DNA of 64,000 nucleotides from NCBI RefSeq assembly GCF_018350175.1, contig NC_058368.1:73410001-73474000 (forward strand). Direction: 5' to 3'. This document shows positions 52,201 to 64,000 of this stretch, piece after piece; within the stretch, counting starts at the first letter, position 1; every line of letters starts with the position of its first letter. Both the position numbers and the translations under genes were made by a program. This DNA comes from Felis catus (taxonomy: Eukaryota). Below the pieces are notes generated by a model. That model did not search any database. It worked only from the letters and a program-made list of their open reading frames with translations, and was not told the origin of the DNA.

Positions 52201-55200
52201 TTCTTCATAATTGAACAGTTGATATTCAAGGTGATTTTCTCTTCTAATAACTGTACTGTGTTTTTCTGGCTTTCAGGGTCAGATAAAATAGGTGTGAAGA
52301 AATCTAAAGGCCCCAAGAAAGTTGTGGCAGAGTTTTCCCCTAACTCTGCCTTTTCTTCTGTAGTATGACCACGCAGATTTTTGTGAAGTGTTCTGTTATA
52401 TATGGTGCTCCTTGCTATTGTATCGAATGAGTGTTTATCAGTCACTATCTTGGATGGTGGAATCTCAGTTCCCTCAGCAGCAGGGAGTGACGCCTCTACA
52501 ACACTTTCAATCCACTGTCTCCCTTTCATCTTGTACTGAAATGTGCACCCCTTTTTCTTTCTATGGCTTCCTGTAATACACCTTGTGGTATTAAGCAATT
52601 GTGAACTTGGTCGTTTCTTTGCCTTCAAAGTTACATGCTTGGAACTTACTATACTTCTCTTGCTTACAAACTCCAATGCATAGCTCTGGCTTTTGGGTAC
52701 AGATGAATCAAGGCTGGAAAAATCTGAAGGTTTTAAGACTGTTCTCACTAAGTCATTTTGATTCCATGCCTTCTTCCCCGAGATAGGACTATCCCAATGT
52801 CTCCTAGGATTTCCATCCCATAGAGTGCCACATTGTATTGAAGCGGTCTCTGATTTCCTTGCTTTTGGCAATGGAGTCTTTACACGTTCCATACATTTTA
52901 TTCCTTCTTGAGTAGAAAGACCTTTTTTCTCTGTTTCAACTTGAAGAAAAGTCATCATGTGTCTAGAAACAGGCTCCGAAACGGTTTCTCTAAAGCATTC
53001 TTCTTGTCTCATCTTTTGTGCTGTCCAAGGCAAATTCCAAGTCCTTCTGACTTCTGAATGATTCAGTTCAGATGTTGATTGGGAAGAACCAGGATTTTTC
53101 ATTTGATCGGCGCTGAAGCGGTGGTGTTGCCCACAGTGTGGAACTGAATCCAATAACATTCTTCGGATATTTTCCTCTTCCTTTTCATGTTGCACATTCA
53201 TTTTCATTGTCTTGCTTGATCTGTTTTGCATATCAGTTGAGCTGGCCTGGTTCCATGCTTCCCTATCACATGGTGATTTCCTTCGCTTTGCAGGGATATG
53301 GCTGTGCAGATTTACTCTTAGTTGATCTGTCTCTGCTTTTGATGTGCTCTGCATTTCGATATCTATTTTGTTATCAGCCGAAACAGGTGCAGGAGACAAA
53401 AATGCATTAGCTATACTTTTATTTTGTTGCTTGTCTTTTATTGAAGATTTTAAGTTGCCGTCCTGTTCCTTTCTACAGTAGAGATTATCATGCTCAGTGA
53501 TATGAAGCATCTGTGAACAAAGCGGCTTCTTTGCCTTCATGGTTACACATTTGGGACCCGTGAGATTTTTCCTTCCTGGAAACTTTAATACCTTTTCCTG
53601 CCTCATAGAGTCAGAGAAAACGGATGTTGTGGACGTTGTTAGTAAATCTCTTTGCAACTCTCTATGTTTTCTGGCAATGCGACCCCTCATTTTCCTCCTA
53701 GAGCTTCCATCACCAGGATCTCCAAGCACTGAGTTTCCCGATTTGGTAGGCGGAATATTTTGATCAACTCTGTGCTTCACTACTTTGTGAGTTTTTATGC
53801 CTTCCCCCTTATCTTCAGGTCGTAGGGAAACTGCCATGTGAACATCCAGCTTCCTTGCAGGGCTCGCATCAGATTTTGCACTACACTTTGCTCCATCAGT
53901 TGAAAAGTAGTCCAACAGTGCTGTCCCTGATTTTGGACATGGAATCTTTTGACCGAGTCTATGTGGTATGTCTTTTTGTGGTGGGATGTTCTTCCTCAGC
54001 TCTTGAATGTGAAGTGGAATCAGAGGAGGACAAGTAGACTCCAATTTATTTTCTGAAACCACTGTCTGTCGCTGTACTTCCTGCTCTGTAATAAACATAT
54101 TTTGATCTTTTCTCCTTCCTGTACTACACAGGAAATGTAGACCTGCCTCGAATAAAACTCCAACACCCTCTCTTTCTTTCCCACTTTGCCATCTTGATTC
54201 TGATGTGCTGCTTGAGTTGCTCCCATTATTAGAGGAATATGGACACAGTTTTTCCCCTTCATGTTGTTCTAGCTGTGAAATACTGCTTTTATTCCTTAAT
54301 GGGTCTTTCTTTGCTTTTATTTTTTGATGCGTTTTGATGGCAGGTGAAACGGGTGTATGTGAAAGGTAGGTATTCATAAATATATCTGACATACCTTGAG
54401 ATATTTCTGGGGCCATGTTTTCCAAGACGCAGTCCTGTTCCTTTCCATGGCTAAGAGCTGCAGACCTAGCGATGTGGATCGTCTTTAGAATTGATGCCAT
54501 CTGTGCTTTCCCCGTTCTAGATTTGGGGATTTGTGGTGTCTTTCTCCACCCTCTAAAATCAGATGAAGCTGGAGTGGAGAAATCCAAAAACTTCAAGGTT
54601 CTCCCTTGTAAATCCTTTTGCAATCTTCTCTTCCCTTCTGGAGTAGATCTAGCAAGTTCCTTTCTAGGGCCTCTTTCAGATGGGATGTCACTCTGTGTTG
54701 TAATAATTAAAGATTCACGAACAGATTTCCCTAGCTCCGGAGATAAAAGCTTTGGGCTCTTTGCATATTTCAAGCCTTTCTGTGCTTTCGTTCTTTTTGG
54801 TAGCTTCTCAACTGGAAGTGAATTCAAGATAGTGCAGGAAACACAATGCAACACGCTTTGTGTGAAAAGTGTTTGTTGCTGCTGCTCCTGAGCTGTGTTA
54901 AGTGGTTCTGGGATTTTTTTCCTTGCTGAATTCTCCAGTTCTAGTTCTGATCTCACACAGCGAGTCTCCTCCATTTTACCAGTGATGGAACTGAAGTGCT
55001 GAGAACTCCGTGGGGCTGCTTCTTCACGTTGGCCTTTGACCTCCTTCATGCCCCTGGAGGCACCGCCCCTCTTGTCACTGGAAAAGGCCCCGCTGGCTCT
55101 CTCTCCATCTGGTGGCAGCTCTTGCTGTTGCCGTTCGTGACTAAATCTCATTGTCCACAACACATCTGACTCTGCTTTTATTCTGTTATGCATTTTCATG

Positions 55201-58200
55201 TCAAGTGCAACAGGTATGGGAGAGGAGACGGCATTTAGGGTTTTGTCTGCCACGGGTTTACCTTGTTTCATCATGATACTGAAGTTGCATTTGAATTGCC
55301 TTCTATGGCTTGGAATACCACGTTTTGTGATGCGAAGTGTCTGGGAAATTGGTGGCTTTTTTGTCTTCAAAGTTACCCATTTGAGACTCATTTTCTTTCT
55401 CTTCTCTATATATTTTAATTGGTTTCTCCTTCTTTTCAATGCAGGTAAAGCAAGTGTGGATAAATCCAAAGACTCCAGAATCGTTGCTGGAAATTCTTGT
55501 GCTAATCCTTCTTTTTTCTCTGCAATAAGATCTTCCGGTACCCCAGAGCACTTTGTAGGAATTAAAAAGTCAATGTTCTGTGATTTCAGGGTCTTTGGAG
55601 GTAAGTTTTTTAGACAACCATTCCCTGAGATACTAAATATTGTTGAAATTGGCGTTTTCCTTGCCTTCATAATTACACATTTGGGACTCATTTGATTTTT
55701 TAAGGTTCTACATGTAAATGTCTTTCTCTGCCTTTTCGATTCAGACAGATCAGGCGTGGAGACCTCCGAATACTCCAGGACAGTTGCTTCTAGATTTTTT
55801 TTAAACTCTGCATTTTCCTCTTTACCATGATGGTACAGTTCCCCCATATGGCTCCCAACACTTGGGACACCACCCTTCACTGTATCCAATAAAACTTGAC
55901 CAATTAGTGAGTCCTTTGACTTTAGAGGAGGAAGCTTTGAACTTGCTATATATATTGCACCATTTTGTGGATGGTGGCTTTTCTTTGGCTTCTCTCCCAG
56001 CATGGAATCTGTAGGCTGCATTTGTTGTGGGATGTCTTGTTCTATAACAAAGAGAATTTTCCCACTTCCTTGGTTTTCTGATTGATGAAGGTCAAGCTCC
56101 TCCCTCTGGCCTGAACAGAATTTGAAATGTGTGCTGTGCTGTGAAATTACTTTTAATATCTCCTGGTCACCGGTTTCTTCCTCCTCATCTTGAACACTGT
56201 TTTCTTTGGTATCATCTGAAGTACTATTCCCTTCCAGTGGTGATGTTGCTTGCTTTACTTGTTTAGCCCTGAGACTTCTTTCTCCTAACGTATCTTTTTC
56301 TCTTTCTATCTTGTTATACGTATTAATGTCAGGGGTAATAGTCATGAAAGAATACATTTTAGCTGCCATTTTTTCTCCATGATGCACCTCTTTCATTTTG
56401 GTTGTAGGGTTACATCCCAATTCTTTTCTATGGTTTGGGCTAACAGCACCCTTGATATTGAATATGTTTGAAACTGACAGTTTCTTTGCCTTTAAAAGTC
56501 CATATTTGGTATTCACTGAGGTTTTCTTGTCTGAATATTTGAAGTTTCTCTGGGGTGTAGATAAAGCAGGTAGGCAGGAATCAAAAGTCACTGTGTCTTT
56601 CTTTTCAACACCACCAGCCTGTTCCTTTTGGTGATTTGCGTCAGATGGGACACCATGTTCTCTTGCAGAAAAAACGATCTCATCATTCTTCACTTCCTCT
56701 GACTTAGGAGGTGAAAACGCAGCGTAACTCTCTAGCTCTCCAAATTGAAGCTGATCCAGTATGGGGCATGAAGCATAACTTAAAACAGTTTGTGTACCAT
56801 GCATTTGTGGTTGTACCTGAAGATTTCGACTTCGTGGTTGTTTCAGCTCCTCATCTGATTGGACAAGGTCAAAATTCTCCTTCTGATACACATTGAATAT
56901 GAAGCTTTGGCTATTCTCTGGAGCTGGTGACACTTCATGTTTTCCTTCCTTCTCTTTCCCATCTTTCATACTGTTAGATAAGGTACTCACGATATGATCC
57001 GGGCAACATACTTTTCCTCCATTTAGCAATTTCTCTTGCATTAGCTGCATATAATCAAGTCCTGTTACCCTCTGCATATCTGTCTCTACATTTAATCTGC
57101 TACTCATTTTGGTGTTGGGCAAAATAGGCACCCGGGACTGAATGATATTGAGAAATGCATCTGCTGCGTTTTTATTTTGTTGTGGCTTTTTCATTTTTGT
57201 TTTAAAATTGCACTGCAGTCCCTTGCTCTGCGTGCCATTAAGCATATGTGAAGCCGATGGCTTTTTTCCCCTAATAGTTCTATATCTGTGATTTGCTGTT
57301 ATTTGCTTCCTTGCTAATTCTAATGTGTTTTCCTTTCTTTCAGATTTAGAAACAAAGGGCTCAACAGAACCAGAAGAATGCAGGCACGTCACTTGCAAAT
57401 CTTTTGGTAACTCTGAATTGTTTTCCACAAAGTAAGAATCTAGTACCCTTTTCGGGTTTCCACCAGATGGTAAGTCACACTCTGTCATGGTGTTGAAAAT
57501 GTTATCAAATGATGAGTTCTCTGCTTTGGGAGGTGGACTCTTGGCACCCATAGGGGCTGTTATGGCATGTTCTGTTTGGCTGGGTTTCTCGAGTTCCTCG
57601 CCTTCTCTAGGAGCCATCTGGAGGCTAGTCTGCAAGGCAGTTTGTGCAAACCATGTTTGGTGCTGAGCATCTTGCTCCTGTGTTAAACTGCTCAGTGCTG
57701 TGTACTGTTCGTCAAGGTGGGTCTCCTTCCCTTGACATGCATCGGGCCAGAGATGCTGGGTATGCTGCAAAGCTGCCTCTAGCAATGTTTTCTGCTCCAC
57801 TTCCTCTCCGTCTTTCACTTTTTCTTCTTGCTCATGGAATGCACTACACTTATCAAAGAAATCAACATACCGTGGTCTCACTTCCTCTGCTAATTGCCCT
57901 TGCTTTAACTGAGCGTGACAGAAGCTGTTTGTCTCTCCTTGTAATCTGCTATGCATAGGAGAAAAAAGGCTACTTATAAAGTCATATACCAATCCATTAG
58001 CTTGGTTGATCTTCTCCAACTTGGCCTTCGCCTCGGAGTCCAATTTCTTTCTATGACCTGTTCTATTAAATACTTGTGAAACTGACAGCTTCACTGTATT
58101 CATTGGTACAGACTTGGGCTTCACTGGACATTCTGTGTGTGAGAATCGTACTCTGTTTTTATTTACTTTTGAGTGAGTTAAAACAGGCATGTGGCAATTA

Positions 58201-61200
58201 AAAGTCTCTGAATACATTGCTGGTAAATCTTTTGGTAGTTCTGCCTTTGTGTCTGCAAAAAAGTAACCCATTTCCCTTGTATCCTTTCCATAATCTAAAA
58301 CATCACTTTCTCTTGTTTGGTTTAAAGGGTCTCCAATCACTGATTTTCCTGATGTTGGGAGAGGTATCTCCGCATCTGCAGTGCGTTTTAAGTCTGCTTG
58401 TGTTGCTAGGCTTTTCTTCATATTCTCAACGTGAAATAGATCCATTATTGGGGTGTCAACAGACTCCACAAGACTTTCTCCAGATGTAACTGGTTGAGGC
58501 ATTTCTTCCTCTGTTTTGAACTCCTTCTCGGGATTTGCATTCAATCTGAGGTGCCAGGGACCATGAAGGACTGCTTCTGGTCGAGCTGCTTCGTCCCCTC
58601 TCACTTCATCTTGCAATTTAGCTTCTTCTAGTGTGTTTCCAGAGTCATTTCCTTTATTAATAAAATTGGAATGCTTTTCTTCCCTTTCATCCTCTGATTC
58701 CTCTTGGTTTGGCTTGGTATGGCCGGGATTCTCCACACTGAGTCTGCTGTGCGTTCTAATACGAGGCACAGTAGACATGTGGGGGTAAGTAACATTCACA
58801 AGCACATCAGACACAATTTTATCTTGCAGTATCTGTTTAGTTATGATCTTAAAATTGCCTCTCAATCTTCTCCTAAGACTTGGTATACCATTCCTACTGA
58901 TATTAGGCATCAGTAAATTTGCTGGCTTCTTTACTTTCATAATGACAAGTTTGGGACCGAGTACCGTTTTTGCTCCTGACCATTTTCTTCTGATTTTCTG
59001 CCTTTTGAAAGATGATAAAGGAAGTGTGCGGATGATGAACAACCCCAGGGCAGCTGCAGGGAAAACTCGTTTTAAGTCTTCCTTTTCCTCCGCAATATGA
59101 TCATCTGGTATCTTCCTGGGGCTTCCACCAAATGGGACATCACGTTCTGTTGTATCAGTTAAAACACCACCCACTGGTGAGTTCTCTAGCACTGTAAGAG
59201 GATTCTTCGCATCTGCAGTCTCTCTGCCTGTAGGTCTGTCCGTGATTTGCTTTACCTGAACTTGACATGGATCCATTGTGGGGCATGAACCAGTCCCCAC
59301 AACTGTTTCTGTAGAAAGAGTTTGTGGTTGTACCTCTTGCTCTTTATTTGGGTTTTTTCTACTACCTGAACTGCTCTGTTTAATTTCAAATCTGACATAT
59401 TTAGGCTTCTGCTTTAGTTGCAGGCTGACCCTGAAATCTTGTTTTAGCTGTGGAACTGCTTCTTGTAAAGTTGGTTCCTCTTCCTCTCTGTCATGTTCTT
59501 GTGGCTTTTTAATACATCTCTCCTCAATGTATTTTGCATCCGATGCTTTCTTTTCATCCGGTAATTTCTCTTGCTCTACCACTGAATGACTAAACCCTGT
59601 TGTTGATGTATCTGTCTTGGCTTTTAATCTGCTCTGTATTTCCATAACAGGCGGCCCAGAAATGGTAGTGTCAGTGGCATTGTGAAACGTTGCAAATATT
59701 CTTTTATCTTGCATATTTATGTTGCTTCTCGTGTTACATTGCAGTCTCTCACTTTCACTTGGGTCATCACATTCTGTCACATGAAGGATTAATGGTTTTT
59801 TTTCCTTCATAACTGTATCTTCTGTACTCTCTTGAGTTTTTACACTTGCTACTTGCTCACTGCTTTTATGCTCTTTAGTTCCTAGTGAAATGAGCAAATT
59901 GACCTCTGAAGTCTCCAGAACAATTTCCAGAAAATCTCTTTCCTTTTGTATATTTCTGTTTGGAAAGCACCTTTGTGTTTCTGGCGAATTAGTTGGTAAC
60001 TCCTCTCCATTTGAAAGTGGAAGATGGGAATTCTCTGTACTTTTTAGGTCTTCCTGTGTTTTCATTCTTCTGTTTGATTCCATTTCAGGAGAGGAAGCAA
60101 ATTTTTGCCAAGGTTCTGATATAGCTTCTTCTAAAGGTGACTCATGCTTTGGAATATGCAGGTCAGATGTTTTTTTACTATTGGGGGCATGGAACTCTGC
60201 AATACCAATTTCTTTTTCTTGTGTAATTGGGTCTTTAAGAGACTGTTTATTCTTCCAGTTTGTTTCTATTAATAAAGAACAAGGTGCTTTTAATGGAAAA
60301 GTATTGACCATGAAAGACTCTTCTAGCCAGGATGGAAGTTTTGCTGAGATGTTTTTTTGTCCTTCATTTTCTCTGCCATGGTGCTTTACATTTTTAGCAT
60401 TGCCTGAGGTTCCTCTTTTCTCAACAGACCCCACACAACTGACATTCTCTGCATCTAGTGACTTGTTTTGCTTCAGCAGAGAATGTCTACGTCCTGTTAC
60501 ACCTGGCATGACTTCTACTAGTTTTTTTCTGGAATACCTCTTAATATAAGGAGGAACAAGCTTGGAAAAGTAAAGAAGATGCAAAGCTATATCTGATATA
60601 CCTTTCCTTGGATGTAATTCTTTCTTCTTAGCATTATATTTGCATCTTAACTTGCCAGGTTTTGAAGTGTGGCATACTGTCATTTGAAATACCCATGGAG
60701 TTGGTGGTTTCTTCAACTTTTGAGATGAAACTTTGCGACTAAGTTTACTTTTACCGTGTAATGCTTTTCTCCAGTTTTTCTGCCTTTTAAAGGTAAGTGA
60801 AAGAGGCACTGAGCTATATACAGAATACTGGTTTAATTCTGAAGAAGCGATTTGTTTCTGGCCCTCTGGCTTTACACTCCTTATTTGGAGCATCCCTTCT
60901 GCAAATGAATTTGGACTTACAGTTAAAACTAGAAATCTGGCATTCTTAAAAATAACATTTTGCCCCTGCGTTAAATGTTTAATCTGGTTTGAATCTTCAA
61001 ACCAAACAGAAGAATATTGGGTCTCATGTAAGTGTTTATTATCAGACTCTAAGCCCTTGATTGAATGCTGAGTCTCAACAGAATGTGGGACATTAACCAA
61101 ATGTTGGCTTCTGCCCATAACTTGGGTCTGGAAGGAGTCTTGTCTGCTGCTGGAAAATGGCTTCCTAATCAAATCTTGAGGCAGAGCAAAATATCTGGCC

Positions 61201-61899
61201 ATGATATCAGGCTGGCTGTTGACTGATTCTTGGTTGTTAACAAATTGTTGGGCTTGACTAGTAAATCTGGCTTCATAAAAACCTTGATTCTGAATAGCAT
61301 TTTGTACTGGAAAAGAATCTTGTGCTTGGGTAGGAATATGCATTCCAAAAGAATGTTGATTTTGAATCAAGGACTCTTGAGGTCTTGAGTATGGACAAGT
61401 AGTTTTACTCTCTAATATAGTTTTGGGTTTTAAAGGAATTTGATTTCTCACAGTTTCTTCCAGAAGTCTGACTTGGTCTCTGGAAAGAAATAAGTGGGCA
61501 GGAGGACATGGTGCCATATCTAGACCTTCACTTTCTCTAGAGATGCTAGAGCGTCTTGAAAAGTTAAAGTCAGAAGAAAATGCTGGATTATTATTTTTGT
61601 TGGTTTTCAATATTGCAAATAATTTCCTTGATGAAAATTGTGCTGTTTCATGTTCATTTTCATATCCTCTATGGCTAAGAAAAAATTCCTTTACTTCTGA
61701 ATGAAACAGTGACAAAGATGAGCTAGTCCCATGTGAAGATGGCGTACGGCTTTCACTAGAATAACTTACTTGATATTTACTTTCACTAGTACCTGACCAT
61801 ATTACTTCATCTGTTGGTGAAACTCTATCTTCAAAGTTACCTTCCTTGTCTTCAGTTTTAAGTGATGAAGTAATTGTTCTTACTGAAAACTCATCAACT
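40251..61899 (-). CDS. CCDC168: CCDC168, giant terminal coding exon (partial gene; upstream exons not found in window)
   Basis: Uninterrupted 7233-codon ORF (40251-61952). The N-terminal part (CPPAHLFLSRDQVRLLEETVRNQIP) and C-terminus ([26 protein letters not shown]...NFRVPLVAKISSS...SSKKLLGSL) match human CCDC168 as I recall it. The called ORF start is a TTG, so the real exon most likely begins after the acceptor at 61900. Confidence 0.93.
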
Positions 61900-61925
61900 C
61901 TGAATATAAGAAAACAGTTTGTAAA
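61900..61925 (-). promoter_or_regulatory. Splice acceptor of the CCDC168 giant exon (phase 2)
   Basis: Minus strand reads aaactgttttcttatattcAG|AGTTGATGAG (pyrimidine tract + CAG). Recalled similarity to human CCDC168 starts at about this point (RV...ITSSL). Confidence 0.75.
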
Positions 61926-62173
61926 TGAGTTGTCATTTAAGACATATTTCAAACAAGAACTCTCTTCTAGATTTAAGGTAACTCAATAGAGTATAAGAAC
62001 ACAGCTCAATATAAAGATGAATTGAAAAGTCATTATTCACATTACAGAATAACTCATAACCTAGTTCCACTCATTGAATAAATCAATCCACTGACAAAGT
62101 GAAGTAAATTATTCTCATTTCTCAGAGAATGAGGGATTTTTACCTCAAAAACCTATCCCAAAGTCTATTTAAA

Positions 62174-62174
<1 letters not shown>

Positions 62175-62207
<33 letters not shown>

Positions 62208-62378
62208 AGAACAAGTGAGGGAGGGGCAGAGAGAGAGAGAGAGACAGAGAATCCCAAGTGGGCTTTCCACTGTCAACACAGAGCCCAACTCGGGGCTCGA
62301 TCCCATGAACTGTGAGATCATGACCTGAGCTGAAACAGAGAGTTGGAAGCTGGACGAACTGAGCCACCCAGGTGCCCC
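62175..62378 (-). mobile_element. CAN-SINE (intronic)
   Basis: Reverse-complement consensus; approximate TSD caaagtc. Confidence 0.92.
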
Positions 62379-62427
62379 TCAAAGTCAACTTTTGACAGCA
62401 AAGAGTCAAAGTTGCAAGTTAAAGTTA

Positions 62428-63280
62428 CAGTAAAACTTTGGTTTGTGAGCATAATTTGTTCTGGAAACATGCTTGTAATCCAAAGCACTTGTATATCAAA
62501 GCAAATTTTCCCCTAAGAAATAATGGAAACTCAAGTGATTCATTCTTCAACCCAAAAATATTCATATAAAATGATTACAATACTGTAATATAATAGAAAA
62601 TAATAAAGGAAATACAAAATATAAAAAAAAATAAATTAACCTGCACTTACCTTTGAAAACCCTCGTGGCTAGTATGAGGGAGACAAGAGAAGGGTTATTG
62701 TGTAGAACAACTTTCACTATCACTGACAGTCTCACTGCTATCTATTGGCTCAATGGACTCTTTTTCTGCATGGGAGCCATTTTATATACTCGCATGGATG
62801 TTGACTACAGTACAGTATTAATAAACTCTTGCCATACACTGTATTTAATGTAACTGGAAATAAGACAGCAGACGAAAGGGTCTGTATCTGCAGGCAGCCT
62901 GACCTAGAATGAAGCAAAGTATTCCTAAGCTTACTGTTGTGTGGAAAAACAAAGGACTGTCCATAGGTACTTTGAAGTGACAAAAAATACACTAGTGCCA
63001 GTTGTGGGCACCTTTCAAAGTTCTGAAAAATCACTGCTTTCTGCCAAACACTGTAGCCTGAGACCAAGCATCCGAGCATGGGAGATGATCACCCACAATC
63101 TCACAGAGAAAAAGAGAGAGAGAGAGAGGGAGAAGAACCATTGTGATCATGTGACATTCGGTGTCATGTACTACCCACAATGCAAAACATCACTCATTTA
63201 TCAAGTTAAAAAGTATCAAATGTTTGCTTATCTTGTAGAACACTTGCAGACCAAGTTATTCACAATCCAAGGTTTTATTG
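62428..63280. mobile_element. Tc1/mariner-Tigger-like non-autonomous DNA transposon (~850 bp) in the CCDC168 intron
   Basis: Terminal inverted repeats cagtaaaactttggtttgtga ... tcacaatccaaggttttattg. TA lies 5' of the element and CA (decayed TA) 3' of it. Confidence 0.75.
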
Positions 63281-63351
63281 CATATCCTTTTACAAGAAAT
63301 ATCAGTTTGTTTCTGTTCTCTGCATGCAAATTTGACAAGAATAAAAATATT

Positions 63352-63576
63352 CTTTTTTTTAAGTTCATTTATTTATGTTGAGAGAGAGTAACAGACAGAA
63401 AGTATGTGTGCATGACAGCAGGGGAAGGGCAGAGAGTGAGGGAGAGAGAGAATCCCAAGCAGGCTCCACGCTGTCAGTGAGGTGCCTGATGTGGGGCTCG
63501 ATCTCTCAAACTGTGAGATCATGACCTGAGCTGAAATCAAGAGTTGGATTTAACCAACCGAGCCACCCAGGCACCC
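63352..63576 (-). mobile_element. CAN-SINE (intronic)
   Basis: Reverse-complement consensus; aaaaatattctt in both flanks. Confidence 0.9.
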
Positions 63577-63601
63577 AAAGGTTAAAAATATTCTTATGGA
63601 T

Positions 63602-63800
63602 GGGCGCCTCGGTGGCTTAGTCAGTTAAGCATCTGACTTCGGCTCAGGTCATGATCTCACAGTTTGTGAGTTCAAGCCCCACGCCGGGCTCTGTGCTGAC
63701 AGCTCAGAGCCTGGAGCCTGCTTTGGATTCTGTGTCTCTGTCCCCCTCTGCCCCTACCCCCCCCTCTCAAAAATAAATACATATTAAAAAAATTTTTTTA
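63602..63800 (+). mobile_element. CAN-SINE (intronic)
   Basis: Consensus; TSD aaatattctt(a/g)tgga. Confidence 0.92.
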
Positions 63801-64000
63801 AATATTCTTGTGGAAATTTATTAGATACAACAGAAGAATGTCCAATACCATAAACTAACTGTAGCTTTCTATATATAAACCCAGATTATTTTAACAGCTG
63901 TTTATTTCTGATTGAGAGAAAAGCCTTCATGTTAGGTCAGTGCTTCTCAGCACAATTTTGGATTGGAATAATGATCATGGAAGTGGACTCTCTAACATCT

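Noticed and set aside
42676..61071. Many plus-strand Phe/Ser/Leu-rich ORFs (up to 219 aa) opposite CCDC168
   Set aside because: Expected shadow ORFs of a long A-rich coding strand; no recognisable homology.
61900..61952. First ~18 aa of the called 7233-aa ORF (MKYVLNDNSFTNCFLIFR)
   Set aside because: Starts at a TTG and covers the polypyrimidine tract and acceptor; most likely intronic in-frame read-back.
61953..64000. Upstream small CCDC168 exons
   Set aside because: No segment with both splice signals and similarity to the recalled N-terminus; presumably beyond the window.

Overview
Mammalian genomic DNA, most likely felid: about 28 tRNA-Lys-derived CAN-SINE (SINEC_Fc-type) copies and carnivore-type L1s. 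The right third (40251-61899, minus strand) is the ~21.6 kb terminal coding exon of CCDC168 (~7,200 codons). It contains no interspersed repeats and is built from degenerate internal protein repeats. The upstream CCDC168 exons were not found and probably lie beyond the right edge. About 470 bp past the stop codon, on the same strand, is a decayed, 5'-truncated processed pseudogene of DCPS (scavenger decapping enzyme) with its 3'UTR and polyA signal. The left 39 kb looks intergenic and repeat-rich. It holds a near full-length dead L1 inserted into the head of a SINE, truncated young L1s with clean TSDs, old L1/L2/MIR/LTR/hAT remnants and one candidate enhancer. I found no convincing wholly new biological system. 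The best leads are the modular repeat architecture of CCDC168 and the DCPS retrocopy beside its 3' end. Gene and repeat identifications come from recalled sequence similarity, not database searches.
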